Positions 58,855-64,000 of a stretch of DNA of 64,000 nucleotides are shown piece by piece. This stretch comes from an uncultured delta proteobacterium. GTDB taxonomy: Bacteria > Desulfobacterota > Syntrophorhabdia > Syntrophorhabdales > WCHB1-27. Position 1 is the first letter of the stretch, and each line of letters begins with the position of its first letter. The DNA is taken from positions 5,177 through 69,176 of the forward strand of contig CAWIHO010000062.1 of assembly GCA_963835605.1 (NCBI GenBank), given 5' to 3'. The notes beneath the pieces are model-generated. The model worked only from the letters and a program-made list of their open reading frames with translations, was not told the DNA's origin and searched no databases. The translations under genes were made by a program, and so were the position numbers.

Positions 58855-59649
58855 TCATTGCTTGCCGCTCTGCTCATTCTGCTTGTTCTCTTTTTTCACG
58901 CCCAATCTATTTTCGAGTAAGTTTATAGCCTGCAGAATGACAATAGCCTCATCATTTGTCTTTACGTCAAATACGACGCCAATGCTCTTTAGCAAATTCT
59001 TCATTTTATCCGCGAGATAGCTAAGGGTGGTGGAAATATAGACCGGGAAATACCAAAAATATCCCAACGCCAACAGGATGCAGAGCGATCCTATCACAGC
59101 CATGGAGGTGATAAACCTGGTGGAATCGTGCTTTGCCCGCTGGTTTTTCCGCACTACCGCCTGCATGTTTACGTCATAAATAGCGTTGATAGATTGCTTC
59201 AGCTTTTCGCAGGCGGGTAGAAAGTCACTAAAATAAACCGAACTTCCGCCCGGCTCGCTCTTTATCTGAAGACAAAGCTTCAAATACATCTCGTAGTCAT
59301 GGTTAAGTGTCTCGACATATTCTTTCTCGTGTATCTCTGTTATGTTATTGTTTTCCGCTTTCAAATTCGTCTCAAATAGAGTCCTTCCTGATTCGAAAAG
59401 CTTCACGTAATAATCTGACATTGTTCCGGTACGGCGTGTATTATACAGGGTGCTGCTGACGGAGGTTTTCATATCATCAAGAGCAGAAAGCATATTCTTG
59501 GAATAAACAATGGAATCGTAATTATCTTTGAGAATACTCTCAGATTCCTGGCCCAATGTCCCGACATAATAGGAGCAAAAAGCTGCAAGAGCGAGAATAA
59601 TCACGAACAGAAATCCTATACCCACTGAGAGCTTTGTTTTTAGAATCAT
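58855..59649 (-). CDS. 4HB_MCP-like periplasmic sensor with two TM helices and no recognisable output domain
   Basis: 264 aa. N-terminal TM helix, a helical ~165-aa ectodomain, a second TM helix (FITSMAVIGSLCILLALGYFWYF), then a ~55-aa tail. Confidence 0.5.
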   Translation of the reverse strand: MILKTKLSVGIGFLFVIILALAAFCSYYVGTLGQESESILKDNYDSIVYSKNMLSALDDMKTSVSSTLYNTRRTGTMSDYYVKLFESGRTLFETNLKAENNNITEIHEKEYVETLNHDYEMYLKLCLQIKSEPGGSSVYFSDFLPACEKLKQSINAIYDVNMQAVVRKNQRAKHDSTRFITSMAVIGSLCILLALGYFWYFPVYISTTLSYLADKMKNLLKSIGVVFDVKTNDEAIVILQAINLLENRLGVKKENKQNEQSGKQ

Positions 59650-59865
59650 GCTTCCTCCTGGTCATAACTATTCAGCCTGGTACATCGTTCCGACAGACTG
59701 AATGGAGTTTCCTCATGCTTTGAAATGGTTTTAATTGGCTATTGGACATGTAAGCCCAAGCCTTGCCCTTCAGAGATTCTGGCGCATCTATGCAGGTCCG
59801 CCGAGGCATAAGGTTATTATACACCACCTGTGCAACAGACTAATGCATAATCTCATGGCTGTCAC

Positions 59866-60306
59866 CTATTCCGCGGAGCGCGTCAAAACATTCAGTTCGA
59901 TCAGCATGCCGAGTTCGTCACGGCTGACCCATTCTTCCGCAATCTTTCCCTCGTGAAATCGAAAGATGGCAATGGCCGGCCACGTGACCGTTTTACCCGC
60001 CACCGCGTGACGACCGAGACGGCTTGTCCATTCTCCACGATTCACGGCCCGGTGGCTCAGCCTGCACGCCACGCGGTCGTCTTCGGCTATCAGGTCGTGG
60101 ATCGTTGTTGTGAACTCGCTGTATACTTCGAGAATCCCTCGAAGGGCCTGCTTGAATGCTTCAAGCCCTACGATGGGTCCCACCGCCTCGGGCCGATGGA
60201 TAAGGCAGTCTATTGTCACGAGTTCGTCAAGAATATCGACCTTTCTTTTATCGAGTACTTCCTCAAAATAACGGCGAACAATGGCCTTCTGTTGTGCAAT
60301 GGACAT
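59866..60306 (-). CDS. SnoaL-like (ester cyclase) protein
   Basis: 146 aa. Contains IVRRYFEEVLDKRKVDILDELV and FRFHEGKIAEEW. Confidence 0.7.
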   Translation of the reverse strand: MSIAQQKAIVRRYFEEVLDKRKVDILDELVTIDCLIHRPEAVGPIVGLEAFKQALRGILEVYSEFTTTIHDLIAEDDRVACRLSHRAVNRGEWTSRLGRHAVAGKTVTWPAIAIFRFHEGKIAEEWVSRDELGMLIELNVLTRSAE

Positions 60307-60344
60307 CTTTCCCCTCCTCGTTGAGGCCTAAAGTCTGCTTTCTG

Positions 60345-61883
60345 CTATGTGATCTGCCGCACCGCGGCATGGGCTGTCCGGAGCCCGCCTTCAATGAATC
60401 CCTGGAAATCGGAATAGGCCTCGCCGCAGACGTGAAGGATGTTATGGCTGTGGCTGGCCCGGGAAAGCGGAAACGCTGATAGCTTCATTATTGCGTCTTC
60501 AATCTGTACCCCGGGTTTCCAGAAGTGAACACCCGCTTCAAAGGGTTCACGGCTGAAGTCGCGGATACCAAAACAGGTAAGCGCATCGGCTCGGGCTTCC
60601 CGTTCCGAGCGGTCGGCGGTGTGGGGAGCAAGGCTCAGATATTTCAGGTAATACTCACGCAACCGTTTATCCTGGTTGAGTTCCACTTGCAGGTGCGGAT
60701 CCTGCGTGATAAAGGACTGCCAGAAGTGCCTGGAAGGGCTATCTCCGTAAACCATGACCATCCCTCGCTTCTCGGCTCCTTCCTCTCGATAGTAATAGTG
60801 AAGTTCGCGGGTAGGCACGGAGGAAGCCCCGGTTTGAGGCAGTGTATGTTGGTTCCACCAGGGCTCTTTCGTGACATAAAAACATTTAAAAAGAGGTATG
60901 GGGATAACCGAATCGATCAGTCGGACGATGGCATCAGGGAAGAAAGACGCGAGTTTTCTCAAGGGGCTCCGGGGAAGGGCAAGCACCACATGCCGCGCAT
61001 ACACCGTGACGCTGCGCCCCGGAGGCGCGGATAACTCAAGGCGCAGGTACTGTCCGTCTTCCTCTTGAATGTCGACCAGCTTATGGTTCCTGTAAAGAGG
61101 AATCGGCTCAGGCTGAAGAGACGAGAGCCTCTCTACCAGCTTTGTGATTACAGCCTCGGCACCCTCTTTGATCCCCACCATGGTCTCGTTGGGATGGAGA
61201 CCTCGTAACCAAAAGATGATACACTCGGCCGCACTCAAATTTTGATGGATTGAATGGTAGAAGGTCCCGTAATTGATAATCTTCGTCAGCGCCCGATGGC
61301 TTAACACGGCGCTCAGGACATTCCAGAAGCCGGTGTTGTACAACCGTTCCCCCTGGAAGGTTGTCATGGTTCTAAGTTCATGATAGAAGCTTTCGCCCAG
61401 TTCGGCCCACCATTCCCAGTGGCGCGGATCCCTGGGGTTATTAATATTACCACCGCTGGCCTGTAACACCCGCAAGATCCCGAGGCTGAGCAACTCCAGG
61501 GTGTTTAGCTGCACTCCGGAAGGACCTCCCTGGGGCCACAGATCATCTTCCCCGAGACTGTAAAGCGATTCTGGATCGGTGGCTGCCATATAGGGAGGAA
61601 AATAGGATGTTTCCAGACCCAACTCATGGATCAGACCCATGAGAAGAGGCTGCGCCCTTTTCTCAAATCGCATAGGCCCGTATTCCGCCAAAAAGCCGTC
61701 CATCTCAACCGTTTCAATCCGGCCCCCAAAACGGCTCGACGCCTCGAACAGGGCCATCCTGTGGTCAGGCCCCTTCTGTTTCCATAGTTGCAGACAGGTG
61801 TAGAGGCCTGTAATTCCGCCTCCGATGATTGCCGTGTCCAGTTTAAGCGGGGTCTCCTTCATGCCGGCTCCTTCAAGACCCAT
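60345..61883 (-). CDS. FAD-dependent amine-oxidase-family oxidoreductase
   Basis: Dinucleotide-binding motif DTAIIGGGITGLYTC and C-terminal GEAYS...G.IEGGL. The start may be the Met at 61862. Confidence 0.72.
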   Translation of the reverse strand: MGLEGAGMKETPLKLDTAIIGGGITGLYTCLQLWKQKGPDHRMALFEASSRFGGRIETVEMDGFLAEYGPMRFEKRAQPLLMGLIHELGLETSYFPPYMAATDPESLYSLGEDDLWPQGGPSGVQLNTLELLSLGILRVLQASGGNINNPRDPRHWEWWAELGESFYHELRTMTTFQGERLYNTGFWNVLSAVLSHRALTKIINYGTFYHSIHQNLSAAECIIFWLRGLHPNETMVGIKEGAEAVITKLVERLSSLQPEPIPLYRNHKLVDIQEEDGQYLRLELSAPPGRSVTVYARHVVLALPRSPLRKLASFFPDAIVRLIDSVIPIPLFKCFYVTKEPWWNQHTLPQTGASSVPTRELHYYYREEGAEKRGMVMVYGDSPSRHFWQSFITQDPHLQVELNQDKRLREYYLKYLSLAPHTADRSEREARADALTCFGIRDFSREPFEAGVHFWKPGVQIEDAIMKLSAFPLSRASHSHNILHVCGEAYSDFQGFIEGGLRTAHAAVRQIT

Positions 61884-62186
61884 CCGTCTTCTCCACCCAA
61901 CCCGTTCTGTTCAGGCTTGCGTCAGCCCCCCGGCCTGTATTCAGTCTTGCGTGCCAAGCGCTAACTCCCTATCTATATCCCTCTGGAGGGAAAAAGCGAC
62001 TCACTGAATTTTAATGTTTACCCGCGGAAGTGGCAAGTCCCCTCGGAACGATTCCATATTTTATCCACGTCCGCAAAGACATGTTCCAAGGTGCTATTCA
62101 CTAATTGAATCTGCTTGACAAGAAAAACGAAGAGGTGTAGCCTCGTAAAGTAAAAAACTTAGAGACTATGCTCGAGGTGAAAGGTT

Positions 62187-62357
62187 ATGGCGAATCTCCA
62201 GTCTTTGATTGATAGGTACATGAGTAATCTGGCAGAGCTTGAGACCCAGGTCTCGGATGTCAAGCATAAACTGAACATCGTGATGGAAGCGTCACGCTTG
62301 CTGGAAGAGGAAGGTCTTTCGGAGATACAACCTCCCTGCATCGTCAGGGACCTGTAA
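62187..62357 (+). CDS. Candidate 56-aa coiled-coil protein (below the ORF-track size cut-off)
   Basis: GAGGTGA lies 6 nt upstream of the ATG. Sequence MANLQSLIDRYMSNLAELETQVSDVKHKLNIVMEASRLLEEEGLSEIQPPCIVRDL*. TTGACA at 62116-62121 is upstream. Confidence 0.35.
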   Translation: MANLQSLIDRYMSNLAELETQVSDVKHKLNIVMEASRLLEEEGLSEIQPPCIVRDL

Positions 62358-62521
62358 CTCTTAGTCCTTCTCATAATATCCCTTAACATTAAAAGTTCCA
62401 GCCCCAGGCCACATAGGGTGCGGAGTGGTGTACCCAATTGTCAATTACTCGGGGCATCGATGAGCTGCGCGCTGAAAGCCTCCGCCCAATGCCTTCTATC
62501 GGTTCCCACTCTTGATACGTC

Positions 62522-62935
62522 TTAACCCTCGCCGCCTCCTCCTCTGAGATGTTTGTGGATGCCATCAAGAATCTGTCTTGACTTGTGCTCATCGCCCAGG
62601 ATACCAACCCGGATTGTTATTTTAGAAGATTCGGCCGTGACAGATTCGATTTCAACCCACACATCATCTCCGCTAGCGAACCTTGACTTAATTTTTGCAG
62701 AGAGCTTATCGTGGTTGTCTTCGATTATCGGGAGGTTAAGCTCCTTGAGCGTGGAGATGGAAGCGTCATGGACTCTTGGAACGGACGCAGCCATATCCTC
62801 CTTGAGTTGACCTTTAATGTAAACAACAGAGCCGGCTCCCGCGGCACCTCCCAGAAGCAATGCGGCGCATCCTGCCAACTCTATTGCGAAAAGCATGACT
62901 GACAACAACACTAAAAACATCTTGAGACGCTTCAT
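62522..62935 (-). CDS. DUF3568-like lipoprotein
   Basis: 137 aa. Lipobox ELAGCA, followed by a Gly/Ala-rich linker. Confidence 0.6.
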   Translation of the reverse strand: MKRLKMFLVLLSVMLFAIELAGCAALLLGGAAGAGSVVYIKGQLKEDMAASVPRVHDASISTLKELNLPIIEDNHDKLSAKIKSRFASGDDVWVEIESVTAESSKITIRVGILGDEHKSRQILDGIHKHLRGGGGEG

Positions 62936-63081
62936 ATGGTCATCCTCCTGGCATTAATAGATGCGCTAATACACACAAGGCAAAGGCAGAGTAAGACTAT
63001 AACTAACCTTGTAAGAATGTCAATCCAGTCCAGCGCTCAAGTCGAGGCTAATACTTGCTGAGGTCAGAGAACGTGCGATCG

Positions 63082-63270
63082 TCATTCATCGAGGAACATC
63101 GCATCGACCGGACATGATTCAGCAGCTTTGCGGACCAGATCTTCAAGTTCCTTGGGCACATCCTCTTTTTTCACGGTAGCCAGATCTCCCTCCATCTTGA
63201 ATATTTCGGGGCAGAGTTCCGCGCAAACCCCATCGCCCACGCACTCATCACCATTGACACGTACTTTCAT
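63082..63270 (-). CDS. Single-cluster ferredoxin (CxxDxxC...CP type)
   Basis: 62 aa. Contains CVGDGVCAELCP and ESCPVDA. Confidence 0.85.
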   Translation of the reverse strand: MKVRVNGDECVGDGVCAELCPEIFKMEGDLATVKKEDVPKELEDLVRKAAESCPVDAMFLDE

Positions 63271-63399
63271 GGTTGCTCCCTTTTATTAGTATTTAGATCC
63301 TCATGCCTCGCGGCCCTTCTTCGTATCATACGTCTATTACATAGGGTCTTGTTAAGGTTCTGTCAAGTCAGGCCCGGTTCCTCCTCCCCGACCCTGAGG

Positions 63400-63972
63400 T
63401 TATTGCTTTCTGCTGCACGTGTTGGTTTCGACCCACGCAGCAAATGCATGTATATATTTCGCGACGAAATCCCGGATGGAATCATTAGCAAGATTACCGC
63501 TCTCATCGAAGAGATTCGCGGCATTCCCGATGTAAGCCTCAGGCTGCTGCATGGCGGGAACGTTAAGGAACACCAGCGATTGACGCAGGTGGTGGTTTGC
63601 GCCAAATCCGCCTATTGCGCCGGGCGAAACGCTTATCACGGCGCCGGGCTTCCCTCCCCACACGCTTTTTCCATAGGGCCGCGAACCCACATCGATAGCG
63701 TTCTTCAGCACGCCGGGAACTGAGCGGTTGTATTCAGGTGTCACGAACAGGAAACCGTCAAACGACTTTACACGCTCCCTGAACTCTGTCCACGCTGAAG
63801 GCGGTCTTCCCTCGTCATCAAGGTCCTGGTCGTAGAGTGGAAGTCCGCCGATCTCGATGATTTCAAGCTTCAGTGATTCAGGTGCCAGTGCTATGAGCGC
63901 CTTTGCCATCTTCCGATTGAAGGATTCTTTGCGAAGACTTCCCACAAAAACAGCAATCTTTTTCTGTGTCAT
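63400..63972 (-). CDS. NADPH-dependent FMN reductase (ChrR/YieF-like)
   Basis: 190 aa. Contains IAVFVGSLRKESFNRK and FVTPEYNRSVPGVLKNAID. Confidence 0.88.
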   Translation of the reverse strand: MTQKKIAVFVGSLRKESFNRKMAKALIALAPESLKLEIIEIGGLPLYDQDLDDEGRPPSAWTEFRERVKSFDGFLFVTPEYNRSVPGVLKNAIDVGSRPYGKSVWGGKPGAVISVSPGAIGGFGANHHLRQSLVFLNVPAMQQPEAYIGNAANLFDESGNLANDSIRDFVAKYIHAFAAWVETNTCSRKQ

Positions 63973-64000
63973 AGCCTTTCTCCCCTTATGGTCTTTCTAA

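Overview
This 64-kb window comes from a bacterium rich in multihaem cytochromes, probably an anaerobe. I cannot assign a taxon from the sequence alone. I found no rRNA, tRNA, CRISPR array or intact transposase.

**Layout**
- **1-14 kb:** minus-strand housekeeping operons: lon (partial), dnaK, a stand-alone LeuA-regulatory-domain protein, cimA, lysC, tsaE, nnr, acpS, pdxJ, glmM, folP and ftsH.
- **14.2-27.4 kb:** a dense electron-transfer island with 58 haem-binding motifs.
  - An MtrA/MtrB (PioAB)-like decahaem plus outer-membrane barrel pair.
  - An Isf-like Fe-S flavoprotein.
  - A 15-haem NapC/NirT-type cytochrome.
  - Three tandem modules, each a membrane-anchored multihaem c plus a b-type cytochrome (CbcBA/CbcL-like). 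One c subunit carries two EF-hand loops.
- **27.4-36.3 kb:** yyaL-like, sua5, small lipoproteins, ftsY, DUF502, tatC, dedA and a lytic transglycosylase.
- **36.4-41.3 kb:** a xanthine-dehydrogenase-family molybdenum hydroxylase operon flanked by two tiny Cys-motif proteins and a CoxG-like protein.
- **41.3-49.5 kb:**
  - A degenerate IstB-like ATPase.
  - An atypical LuxR regulator.
  - A fused NfnAB-like oxidoreductase.
  - A signalling cassette headed by a sensory [FeFe]-hydrogenase-like (HydS-type) protein joined to a histidine kinase.
- **49.5-64 kb:** MFS transporter, flavodoxin, THUMP methyltransferase, sppA, a DUF3300/DUF2950 pair, dodecin, an amine oxidase, ferredoxin and an FMN reductase.

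**Repeats:** two dispersed intergenic repeat families are visible, with five and two copies.

**Caveat:** at least nine genes are split by frameshifts, and several of these resolve at short homopolymers. The assembly may therefore carry indel errors, and every pseudogene call here needs read-level confirmation.
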